From NCBI GenBank assembly GCA_052325505.1, contig JBKQUS010000097.1, forward strand, positions 14,066 through 78,065: a DNA stretch of 64,000 nucleotides, given 5' to 3'. The notes beneath the pieces are model-generated. The model searched no databases and was not told where the DNA came from. It saw nothing but the letters and a program-made list of their open reading frames with translations. Position numbers and translations under genes: made by a program. Of the stretch, positions 45,193 to 52,978 are shown piece by piece. This stretch comes from Limisphaerales bacterium. Its GTDB lineage: Bacteria > Verrucomicrobiota > Verrucomicrobiia > Limisphaerales > Palsa-1400. Numbering within the stretch: the first letter of the stretch is position 1; each line of letters opens with the position of its first letter.

Positions 45193-46089
45193 TCACCGAA
45201 TATTCATGTCTTTATGCGCGCGCAGCAGTTTCAAAAATTGGATCACTGCCGGGCTTGGATTTTTGCTCTGCAATTTTTGTAAATGCAACGGGCGGCGAAT
45301 CACCAAATCCTTTACCGGGATGACCGCCAGCGAACCAATCTGAAGCTCACAGCCAATTGCCAGTCGGGAAACGATGGCAATGCCCACGCCGGCGATGACC
45401 GCGCGTTTGATTGCTTCGGGACTCGCCAGCGACAATACCGGTTTCACCGTCATTCCCCGTTTACCCAACGCCCTTTCGACTACTGCGCGCGTGCCCGAAC
45501 CTGCCTCACGCAAAATGAATGGCTCGCGGCAAAGCTCGCGGGCGGTGACACGCTTCTGTTTCAGCAACGGATGGCCGCGCGGCGCGATGGCGACCAGTTC
45601 GTCCTCGTGGAAAACTTCGGAATCCAGATGCTCCGCTTCCATCAAACCTTCGGTCAATCCAACTTCAATTGAGCCTTCCATCAGTTGATTTTGAATGGTT
45701 TCGGTGTTGGCGATTTCCAGTTGAAGTTCAATGTCGGGATGCTGCCGGTGAAACTCGCCGAAAACCTGTGGCAGCAGGTAAGCACCAATGGTCGTGCTGG
45801 CGCCCACGGCTAGGCGTCCCCGTTTGAGTCCGCGAAATTCCTCAATCGCCCGCGCCGTTTCTTCCTCAACCACGGCCATGCGTTGAACATAATGCGCCAA
45901 CAGTTTTCCCCCATCAGTGAGCCGGCTGCCGCGTGGCAATCGTTCCAACAAGCGAACCCCCAAGGCATCTTCCAACTCTTTGATTTGTTTTGAAACGGCT
46001 GGCTGACTGACATGCAACCGTTCGGCACCGCGACTGATGCCGCCAGCCTGGGCAACCGCGTGAAACAGCGCCAGATGATTTCGATTCAC
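45193..46089 (-). CDS. LysR-family transcriptional regulator
   Basis: The N-terminal HTH is LALFHAVAQAGGISRGAERLHVSQPAVSKQIKELE, followed by a LysR substrate-binding domain. Confidence 0.9.
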   Translation of the reverse strand: MNRNHLALFHAVAQAGGISRGAERLHVSQPAVSKQIKELEDALGVRLLERLPRGSRLTDGGKLLAHYVQRMAVVEEETARAIEEFRGLKRGRLAVGASTTIGAYLLPQVFGEFHRQHPDIELQLEIANTETIQNQLMEGSIEVGLTEGLMEAEHLDSEVFHEDELVAIAPRGHPLLKQKRVTARELCREPFILREAGSGTRAVVERALGKRGMTVKPVLSLASPEAIKRAVIAGVGIAIVSRLAIGCELQIGSLAVIPVKDLVIRRPLHLQKLQSKNPSPAVIQFLKLLRAHKDMNIR

Positions 46090-46103
46090 CGGATAACCAT
46101 AAG

Positions 46104-46118
46104 ATATGTATCACATAT
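46104..46118. promoter_or_regulatory. LysR-type box (T-N11-A-like palindrome) in the LysR/yeiH divergent region
   Basis: The palindrome is ATATGT-ATC-ACATAT. Confidence 0.45.
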
Positions 46119-46168
46119 AAACAATGTCTTTGTGCTATATCAGGCGAAGGCTAAATTCAGGCTCAAAT

Positions 46169-47206
46169 ATGAATACGTTGCATTCCGAAAACAAAAACAC
46201 AGGCTGGATCGCTTCACCGAGCCACACGGCGAAAGTCATTGTTTTTGTATTGGTCGCGGCTGGACTGATCGCGTGGGCGACTCCGCCGGTTGCTTTAGTC
46301 GCGGGGATGATTTTTACGCTGTGCCTGGGCAATCCATTCCACCACCGGGGACACAAGATCGCCAAAAGCCTACTGCAAATCTGCGTCGTCATGCTGGGTT
46401 TCGGAATGAATCTGCCCGTCATCCTGCGGGCGGGTTGGAATGGGTTACTGTTTGCCGCTCTGACCATCGGGACGACGTTATCCTTGGGCTATTGGATTGG
46501 CCGGCGACTCGATATAAACCGCAACACGTCCATTTTAATTTCGGCGGGAACGGCGATTTGCGGCGGCTCGGCCATCGCCGCCGTTGGATCAGTTCTGGCC
46601 GTCACGGACGGCGAAATCGCCGTTGCGATGGGAACCGTCTTTCTGCTGAACGCCGTCGCGCTTTATCTGTTTCCATTCTTGGGCCATGCGTTGCACTTGA
46701 GCCAGCATCAGTTCGGGGTCTGGGCGGGAGTTGCCATTCACGATGTTTCTTCGGTGATCGGTGCCGCGCTGCCTTATGGGAACGACGCTTTGGAGACGGC
46801 CACCGCCGTCAAACTGTCACGCACCCTGTGGATTGTTCCACTCACGTTAGGGCTGGTGTTTGCCGCCGGTCGCAGCTACCGAATAAAGCTGGCTGGCGCG
46901 ACAACAGCGGGCGTTGGCTCACACCCGGCAGCGAGGAAGCCGAAAGTGGAAATTCCATGGTTTATTGCTTTTTTTCTAATCGCCTCGTTGGCCCGCAGCT
47001 ACATGCCAGTGATTGCGACTTGGTCGCCTGAAATTTCCCACGTCGCCAAAGGCGGATTGACACTGGTGCTTTGCCTCATTGGCGCAAGCCTTTCGCCCCG
47101 CACGCTGCATTCGGTAGGCTGGAAAGCCGCCGTTCAAGGAATGTTGCTTTGGCTTTTCATTAGTGCGGCCTCTTTGCTCCTGATTCTTTTTGGCCACGCC
47201 GGATGA
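46169..47206 (+). CDS. yeiH: YeiH/UPF0324 family putative sulfate/anion exporter
   Basis: It is a multi-TM protein (AICGGSAIAAV, AIHDVSSVIG) encoded divergent from a LysR gene, which is the classical yeiE-yeiH layout. The start is ATG 46169. Confidence 0.75.
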   Translation: MNTLHSENKNTGWIASPSHTAKVIVFVLVAAGLIAWATPPVALVAGMIFTLCLGNPFHHRGHKIAKSLLQICVVMLGFGMNLPVILRAGWNGLLFAALTIGTTLSLGYWIGRRLDINRNTSILISAGTAICGGSAIAAVGSVLAVTDGEIAVAMGTVFLLNAVALYLFPFLGHALHLSQHQFGVWAGVAIHDVSSVIGAALPYGNDALETATAVKLSRTLWIVPLTLGLVFAAGRSYRIKLAGATTAGVGSHPAARKPKVEIPWFIAFFLIASLARSYMPVIATWSPEISHVAKGGLTLVLCLIGASLSPRTLHSVGWKAAVQGMLLWLFISAASLLLILFGHAG

Positions 47207-47287
47207 TGCGTTTTTTAGATTGGCAGGCTTGCTCGCTCTTCTCCAAATGATTTGAGGAATTGACCTTTTGCAGCGAGTGTGCGATGT

Positions 47288-47309
47288 TATTTCGTCATTA
47301 GGCGAAATA
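47288..47309. promoter_or_regulatory. ArsR operator-like inverted repeat upstream of the ars operon
   Basis: TATTTCG-tcattagg-CGAAATA ends 13 nt upstream of the arsR ATG. Confidence 0.5.
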
Positions 47310-47321
47310 TAGAAAAGCATT

Positions 47322-47687
47322 ATGCGTGAGTTCATGAACATCACCAAGGCGCTGGCCGATGAAAGCCGCGTCCGCACGCTGCTGGCCTTGCGCCAGGGCG
47401 AGTTGTGCGTCTGCCAGATCACCGAGTTGTTCGATTTCGCCCCATCCACCATATCCAAGCACCTGTCCATTCTCTTTCAGGCCCGGCTGGTTGAATCGCG
47501 CAAGGATGGCCGCTGGATTTACTACCAGTTGCCGGGGGAAAACGCTTCAGAGGTAGTTCGTGAGGCGCTCGACTGGATCGAAAAGTCCCAGGCCAAAGCC
47601 CCGCAAGTTTTGGAAGACAACAAAAAGCTCAAAAAAATACTAAAGCAAGACCCTGCTGAATTATGCAAACGCCAATGCAAAAAATGA
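47322..47687 (+). CDS. arsR: Arsenic-responsive repressor ArsR
   Basis: Motifs are [11 protein letters not shown] and [24 protein letters not shown]. It is the first gene of the ars operon. Confidence 0.9.
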   Translation: MREFMNITKALADESRVRTLLALRQGELCVCQITELFDFAPSTISKHLSILFQARLVESRKDGRWIYYQLPGENASEVVREALDWIEKSQAKAPQVLEDNKKLKKILKQDPAELCKRQCKK

Positions 47688-48127
47688 AACCCACTGTCCT
47701 CATCCTATGCACCGGCAATTCGTGCCGCAGCCATCTCGCCGAAGGCATTCTGCGCGCGGCAGCGGGCGATACGCTCAATGTCCAGAGCGCCGGCTCGAAA
47801 CCGGCGGGCTATGTGCATCCGCTCGGCATCCAAGTGATGAAGGAAATCGGCATTGATATTTCCGGACATCATTCCAAGCACATGGACGAATTTCTCAAGC
47901 AGCCGATTGAAACCGTGATCACGGTCTGCGGCAATGCCGACCAAGCCTGCCCAATGTTTCCCGGCCAAGTCAACCGGCATCATTGGGGCTTTTATGATCC
48001 GGCGCACGCGACGGGCACGGACGAGGAAAAGCTGGCGGTGTTCCGGCAAGTGCGGGACCAGATCAAGATGGTTTTTGAGGCTTACGCCGATGGACGGCGT
48101 GACCAAATGAAGGACAAAGCGGCCTGA
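47684..48127 (+). CDS. arsC: Arsenate reductase, LMW-PTPase (thioredoxin-coupled) type
   Basis: The P-loop is [14 protein letters not shown]. The downstream Cys pair is [11 protein letters not shown]. The start forms an ATGA overlap with arsR. Confidence 0.9.
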   Translation: MKPTVLILCTGNSCRSHLAEGILRAAAGDTLNVQSAGSKPAGYVHPLGIQVMKEIGIDISGHHSKHMDEFLKQPIETVITVCGNADQACPMFPGQVNRHHWGFYDPAHATGTDEEKLAVFRQVRDQIKMVFEAYADGRRDQMKDKAA

Positions 48128-48132
48128 CGTTT

Positions 48133-48558
48133 ATGAAGAAGCAACACGTCCTGTTCCTTTGCACGCACAATGCCGCCCGCAGCCAGATGGCGGAAGCATT
48201 TTTGCGGAAGCATGGCGGGGAACGGTTTGACGTGGCGAGCGCCGGGCTGGAGCCCACGGCAATTCACCCGATGACAGTGCGCGTGATGAATGAGGTCGGG
48301 TTGGACATCTCCAACCAGCAGGCCAAAGGGCTGGACGCATTTTTGGGAAAGACCACGATTCAAGTTGCCATAATTGTTTGCGAACAGGCGCAAAAGAATT
48401 GCCCGCGCATTTTTCCTTTCACCATGCAACGCCTCTACTGGCCGTTTGAAGACCCTGCTGCCTGCAATGGCACGGAAGCGGAGCGGTTGAACAAATTCCG
48501 GGACGTTCGCGACCTGATTGAAGTAAAGATTTTGGAATGGCTTCGTGAGCAAAAATGA
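48133..48558 (+). CDS. arsC: Second LMW-PTPase-type arsenate reductase paralogue
   Basis: The P-loop is LCTHNAARSQMAE. The Cys pair is VCEQAQKNCP. Confidence 0.85.
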   Translation: MKKQHVLFLCTHNAARSQMAEAFLRKHGGERFDVASAGLEPTAIHPMTVRVMNEVGLDISNQQAKGLDAFLGKTTIQVAIIVCEQAQKNCPRIFPFTMQRLYWPFEDPAACNGTEAERLNKFRDVRDLIEVKILEWLREQK

Positions 48559-48573
48559 AAACAGGAAGACACA

Positions 48574-48864
48574 ATGAAACAAACTCAAAAAGAAAAACTC
48601 CATTACGATCCGAAAAAGGAATGCGGCAGCGGCGCTTGTTTGGGCGAACTCTTCCCGGATTTTATGCGTCTTATTCCCAACGTCCTGAATCGCGGGCGTG
48701 TTTTTGGTGTCCTGATCGAATCTCATGGGATCGGCGTTCAACGCAAGGAAATTGTCCGCGATGAAGCCGCTTGGGAAAAATGTCTTGAATGCCCTGACTT
48801 TGACCGCTGCCTGCAAGTAAGTCTGGCCGGTCTTTCTCTCCAACAAGCAGTTGCCAACTATTGA
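48574..48864 (+). CDS. Hypothetical Cys-rich protein embedded in the ars operon
   Basis: The 96-aa product carries the motifs ECGSGAC and CLECPDFDRC. No family was recognised. It fits tightly between arsC2 and arsD. Confidence 0.5.
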   Translation: MKQTQKEKLHYDPKKECGSGACLGELFPDFMRLIPNVLNRGRVFGVLIESHGIGVQRKEIVRDEAAWEKCLECPDFDRCLQVSLAGLSLQQAVANY

Positions 48865-48871
48865 ACAAAAT

Positions 48872-49237
48872 ATGAAAACACAAACCCTCCAAATCTTTGA
48901 CCCCGCCATGTGCTGCTCAACCGGCGTATGCGGGCCGGACGTTGACACCAAGCTCGTGCAATTTGCCGCCGATCTCGACTGGCTCAAAAAGCAGGACGTG
49001 ATTGTGCAACGACACAACCTGTCGCAAAACCCGGCGGCATTTGTGGATAATAAAAACGTCCAAAGCACACTAACGGAAAAAGGCGAAGCCGCTCTGCCGG
49101 TGATTCTGGTGAACGGCAAGGTGGCGGCGACGGGCCGTTATCCCGACCGCGCTGAACTGGCCGGCTGGTTCAAACTGAAAGTCAAGGCGACCGCTCCCGC
49201 GAAGTCAGATTGCTGCTGCGGTGGTGGAACGTGCTGA
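48872..49237 (+). CDS. arsD: ArsD arsenic metallochaperone / repressor
   Basis: The N-terminus is MKTQTLQIFDPAMCCSTGVCG (Cys12/13/18 motif). It has a C-terminal Cys cluster, SDCCCGGGTC. Confidence 0.9.
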   Translation: MKTQTLQIFDPAMCCSTGVCGPDVDTKLVQFAADLDWLKKQDVIVQRHNLSQNPAAFVDNKNVQSTLTEKGEAALPVILVNGKVAATGRYPDRAELAGWFKLKVKATAPAKSDCCCGGGTC

Positions 49238-49238
49238 A

Positions 49239-51047
49239 ATGAACATTCCCGCCGAACAAACGCTCGCCAGTTTTCTGGTGGCACCGACGCGCTTTTTGTT
49301 TTTCACCGGCAAGGGCGGTGTGGGCAAGACTTCGCTGGCGTGCGCCTCGGCCATTGCGCTGGCGGACGGCGGCAGACGCGTTCTGTTGGTCAGCACTGAC
49401 CCAGCCTCGAATCTGGATGAAGTGCTGGGCGTGCGCCTGACTTCCACGGCGACGGAAATTCCAGCCGTCCCGCGACTGGCGGCACTGAACATTGACCCGG
49501 CGGCGGCGGCGGCGGCGTATCGGGAAAAGTTGGTCGGGCCGTATCGTGCGAAGCTGCCCGACGCCATTGTGCGCGGCATGGAGGAACAGCTTTCGGGCGC
49601 CTGCACTATGGAGATTGCTGCGTTTGATGAATTTTCCCGGCTGCTTGGCCAGCCGGAAGCGACGGCGGACTTTGACCACGTCATTTTCGACACCGCGCCG
49701 ACGGGGCACACACTGCGGCTGATGACGTTGCCGACCGCTTGGACCGGTTTTCTGGACAGCAGCACGACGGGCAATTCCTGTCTCGGCCCGCTGGCGGGGC
49801 TGGAGAAGCAGCGGGTGATTTATGAAAATGCGGTGGCGGCGTTGGCGGATGGCGAACGCACGACGCTCGTGCTGGTGAGCCGGGCGCAGCGGGCGGCGCT
49901 GACGGAAGCGGAACGCACCAGCGATGAACTCGCGGCCATCGGCGTGCGCAATCAGCGTTTGATTTTGAATGGCTTGTTTCAAGCCGTGGATTCCGATCCG
50001 GTGGCGCTCGCGTTGCAAAAACGCGGTGCGGAGGCGCTGGCGAATGCGGGTGCTTTTCTGAACCGGATGCGGGTTTTCAAAGTGCCGCTGCGGGCGCATA
50101 ACCTCGTGGGTATTCCGGCGCTGCGGGCGCTGGTGGCGCTGGGGGAAATCGAAAAGCAGAAAGTAGAAAGTAGAAATGAAATCGTCGAGCCATTGCCGGG
50201 GACGGCAACTTTAAGCGATTTGGTGAATGACATTGCCAAGGCCGGTCGGGGCGTGGTGATGACGATGGGCAAAGGCGGCGTGGGCAAGACAACGATTGCA
50301 GCGGCGATTGCCACGGAACTGGCGCGGCGCGGATTTCCTGTGCATTTGAGCACGACCGATCCGGCGGCGCACATTGCGGCGGCGGCGGGAAAAATTCCTG
50401 GAATGCAGGTCAGCCGGATTGATCCGCAAGTGGAGACGCGGACTTACGTTGAACAGGTGATGGCGACGGCGGGCAAAAACCTCGACGCCAATGGCCGCGC
50501 CTTGCTGGAAGAAGATTTACGTTCGCCCTGCACGGAAGAAATCGCCGTGTTCCGGGCGTTCGCGCGGACGGTGGCGCAAGGCAAGGATGCGTTTGTGGTG
50601 CTGGACACCGCGCCGACGGGCCACACGCTGCTGCTGCTGGACGCGACGGAATCGTATCACCGCGAAGTGGCGCGCAAGGCGAGCGATATGCCCGAAGAAG
50701 TGTTGCAACTGCTGCCACGCCTGCGCGACGGAAATTATACCCGCGTGGTGGTGGTGACGTTGCCGGAAGCCACGCCGGTTCATGAGGCGGCGATGCTGCA
50801 AGCCGACTTGCGCCGGGCGCAAATCGAGCCATTTGCGTGGGTCATCAACCAGAGTTTTGCCGAAAGCGGCTCGCGCGATCCACTGCTCGTGGCGCGCGGT
50901 CGCGGCGAAATTCAATTTCTCCGCGAAGTGGTCGAACAACATTCCAAACGCACGGCCATCGTGCCGTGGGTGACGGAAGAACCCGCTGGGCCGGAACGTC
51001 TGCAACAATTTTTCAGACCGCAACCCAGCCAATCCATTCAGCCATGA
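49239..51047 (+). CDS. arsA: ArsA arsenite-stimulated ATPase (two homologous halves)
   Basis: P-loops are GKGGVGKTS and GKGGVGKTT. DTAPTGHTL occurs in both halves. Metalloid-site Cys contexts are GACTMEIAAFDEF, GNSCLGP and SPCTEEIAVF. Confidence 0.95.
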   Translation: MNIPAEQTLASFLVAPTRFLFFTGKGGVGKTSLACASAIALADGGRRVLLVSTDPASNLDEVLGVRLTSTATEIPAVPRLAALNIDPAAAAAAYREKLVGPYRAKLPDAIVRGMEEQLSGACTMEIAAFDEFSRLLGQPEATADFDHVIFDTAPTGHTLRLMTLPTAWTGFLDSSTTGNSCLGPLAGLEKQRVIYENAVAALADGERTTLVLVSRAQRAALTEAERTSDELAAIGVRNQRLILNGLFQAVDSDPVALALQKRGAEALANAGAFLNRMRVFKVPLRAHNLVGIPALRALVALGEIEKQKVESRNEIVEPLPGTATLSDLVNDIAKAGRGVVMTMGKGGVGKTTIAAAIATELARRGFPVHLSTTDPAAHIAAAAGKIPGMQVSRIDPQVETRTYVEQVMATAGKNLDANGRALLEEDLRSPCTEEIAVFRAFARTVAQGKDAFVVLDTAPTGHTLLLLDATESYHREVARKASDMPEEVLQLLPRLRDGNYTRVVVVTLPEATPVHEAAMLQADLRRAQIEPFAWVINQSFAESGSRDPLLVARGRGEIQFLREVVEQHSKRTAIVPWVTEEPAGPERLQQFFRPQPSQSIQP

Positions 51048-51469
51048 AAAAATGTGTCCTGTTCATTTGCACGCATAACAGTGCGCGAAGCCAGATAGCG
51101 GAGGCGTGGTTAAAGCGCATGGACGGCCCGGCCTACGAGGTGGAAAGCGCCGGACTTGAGCCCGGCACCTTGAAGCCGCTAGTCATTGAAGCCATGCAAG
51201 AGGCGGGCATTGACCTGTCGGGCAAGACCACCCAAACCGTCGCCGACGTGCTCCAGTCGGAGCGACACTTTGATTACGTGTTTACGTTCTACGATCAAAA
51301 GAAGGCCGGGCAGTGCCCAACCTTTCCCGGAGAAATAGCGCGGCTGCATTGGGACATTCCGGAACGTCCGAAGACGCCGGGGTCCAATGAAGAACAACTG
51401 GCCCACGTGCGGAGCGTGCGGGAACTGATCAAGCAGCGCGTCGAAGCGTGGCTGGCGGAGAATCCATGA
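51044..51469 (+). CDS. Third LMW-PTPase-like protein (ArsC-like; lacks the Cys82 equivalent)
   Basis: The P-loop is ICTHNSARSQIAE. The downstream segment is FTFYDQKKAGQCP, where Tyr replaces the first Cys of the pair. It forms an ATGA overlap with arsA. Confidence 0.8.
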   Translation: MKKCVLFICTHNSARSQIAEAWLKRMDGPAYEVESAGLEPGTLKPLVIEAMQEAGIDLSGKTTQTVADVLQSERHFDYVFTFYDQKKAGQCPTFPGEIARLHWDIPERPKTPGSNEEQLAHVRSVRELIKQRVEAWLAENP

Positions 51470-51478
51470 ATCGAATTT

Positions 51479-52579
51479 ATGATGAATGAATCTGAAAAAA
51501 GGACAGTGACGACGATGCCAGAACCCAAACGCCTGGCTTTTTTTGAACGCTATCTCACCGTGTGGGTTTTGCTCTGCATGGTGGTGGGCGTGGCATTTGG
51601 CAAACTGCTGCCGGACCTCACCGCCACATTGAGCAAGCTGGAGTTCGGGCAAGGGTCACAGGTGAACGTGCCGATTGGCATCCTGCTGTGGCTGATGATT
51701 TATCCGATGATGTTGAAAGTGGATTTCAGCGCCATCGGCGGCATTGCCAAGCGGCCCAAAGGGCTGATGGTGACGCTGTTTGTCAACTGGCTGGTGAAAC
51801 CGTTCAGCATGGCACTGTTGGGCTGGTTCTTCATGCAGCATGTGTTTGCGCACTGGATTGACGCGGAGACAGCGAAAAATTACACCGCCGGCCTGATCAT
51901 TCTGGCCGCTGCGCCCTGCACGGCGATGGTTTTCGTCTGGTCTTACCTCACAGATGGCGACCCGGTCTATACACTGGTGCAAGTGGCCGTGAACGATCTC
52001 ATCATGCTGGTTTTATTCGCGCCGATTGTCATGTTTTTGTGCGGCGTGGCCAACGTGGTCGTGCCGCCGAGAGTGCTGATTACTTCCGTGGTGGTCTTCA
52101 TCGTGATTCCGCTGACGGCGGGCTGGCTGACGCGGACGCTGCTGCTCAAGTCGCACGGCAAGGAATGGTTTGAAAAGAATTTCCTGCCGAAGTTTCATCC
52201 GGTGATGATGTGGGCGCTGCTGCTGACGCTGGTGCTGATCTTCGCGTTTCAAGCCGAAAACCTGACAACGAAATGGTTTGCGGTCATTCTGCTCGCCATC
52301 CCGATTCTGATTCAGGTTTATTTCAATTCCAGCCTGACCTACCTGCTGATGCGCAAATTGAAAGTGCCGCACAACGTGGCGTCGCCGGGTGCGCTGATCG
52401 GCGCGAGCAATTTCTTTGAACTGGCGGTGGCGGTGGCCATCACGCTATTTGGCCCCAGCTCCGGCGCGGCGCTGGCGTGCGTGGTGGGTGTGCTGGTGGA
52501 AGTGCCGGTGATGCTGTCGGTCTGCAAGGTGTGCAACCAGTCGCGCGGCTGGTATAAACGTGTCGAGGCGCCAGCATGA
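51479..52579 (+). CDS. acr3: ACR3-family arsenite efflux permease
   Basis: Motifs are LAFFERYLTVWV and LILAAAPCTAMVFVW, with about 10 TM segments. It is the last gene of the ars operon. An internal Met at 51515 is an alternative start. Confidence 0.9.
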   Translation: MMNESEKRTVTTMPEPKRLAFFERYLTVWVLLCMVVGVAFGKLLPDLTATLSKLEFGQGSQVNVPIGILLWLMIYPMMLKVDFSAIGGIAKRPKGLMVTLFVNWLVKPFSMALLGWFFMQHVFAHWIDAETAKNYTAGLIILAAAPCTAMVFVWSYLTDGDPVYTLVQVAVNDLIMLVLFAPIVMFLCGVANVVVPPRVLITSVVVFIVIPLTAGWLTRTLLLKSHGKEWFEKNFLPKFHPVMMWALLLTLVLIFAFQAENLTTKWFAVILLAIPILIQVYFNSSLTYLLMRKLKVPHNVASPGALIGASNFFELAVAVAITLFGPSSGAALACVVGVLVEVPVMLSVCKVCNQSRGWYKRVEAPA

Positions 52580-52633
52580 CCGGCATTGCTTCCCGATGAG
52601 TTGCTCGGATCGGGTAATTCCAAATCAACTAAT

Positions 52634-52978
52634 TTAGGTTTGTTCTTTTTTACCGTTGTCAACTTCTGTGACCATAATTTCCAGAATCACCGGCTGACCT
52701 TCCGTGATGAGCTTCCGCTGATTGTTTGGCAACTTGGCGAGCAGCGACAATTCCATCCGCTGCATGACTGTTTCAATCCGCCGCAAATGATGGCCTTGAA
52801 CGGAAATCTCGTGCGTGGTGAAGACGAGCTTCAGGTTTTGCTCGCCGCCGCTACTGTTGAGTTCCGCAAAGATGAAATGATTGTGGGGTAGCAACAGTGA
52901 ACGCTCGGGCGTTGCTTCAATGCGTAATCCGCGTGCCTGTGGGTCGCTGGCCCAACATTCGGGTGCTTTTGTGCTCAT
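52634..52978 (-). CDS. Hypothetical protein downstream of the relaxase (start uncertain)
   Basis: The 114-aa product (MSTKAPECWASDPQARG...) overlaps the relaxase 3' end by 62 nt if the ATG at 52978 is used. No family was recognised. Confidence 0.3.
   Translation of the reverse strand: MSTKAPECWASDPQARGLRIEATPERSLLLPHNHFIFAELNSSGGEQNLKLVFTTHEISVQGHHLRRIETVMQRMELSLLAKLPNNQRKLITEGQPVILEIMVTEVDNGKKEQT

Noticed and set aside
48082-50099. Minus-strand ORFs 48082-49119 (345 aa) and 49182-50099 (305 aa)
   Set aside because: They are antisense to arsC2, orf96, arsD and arsA. They have no motifs and are shadow frames.
52592-52614. Terminator after acr3 (CCCGAT-N11-ATCGGG)
   Set aside because: It has only a 6-bp stem and no following T-tract on the + strand. 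This is too weak to report as a feature.
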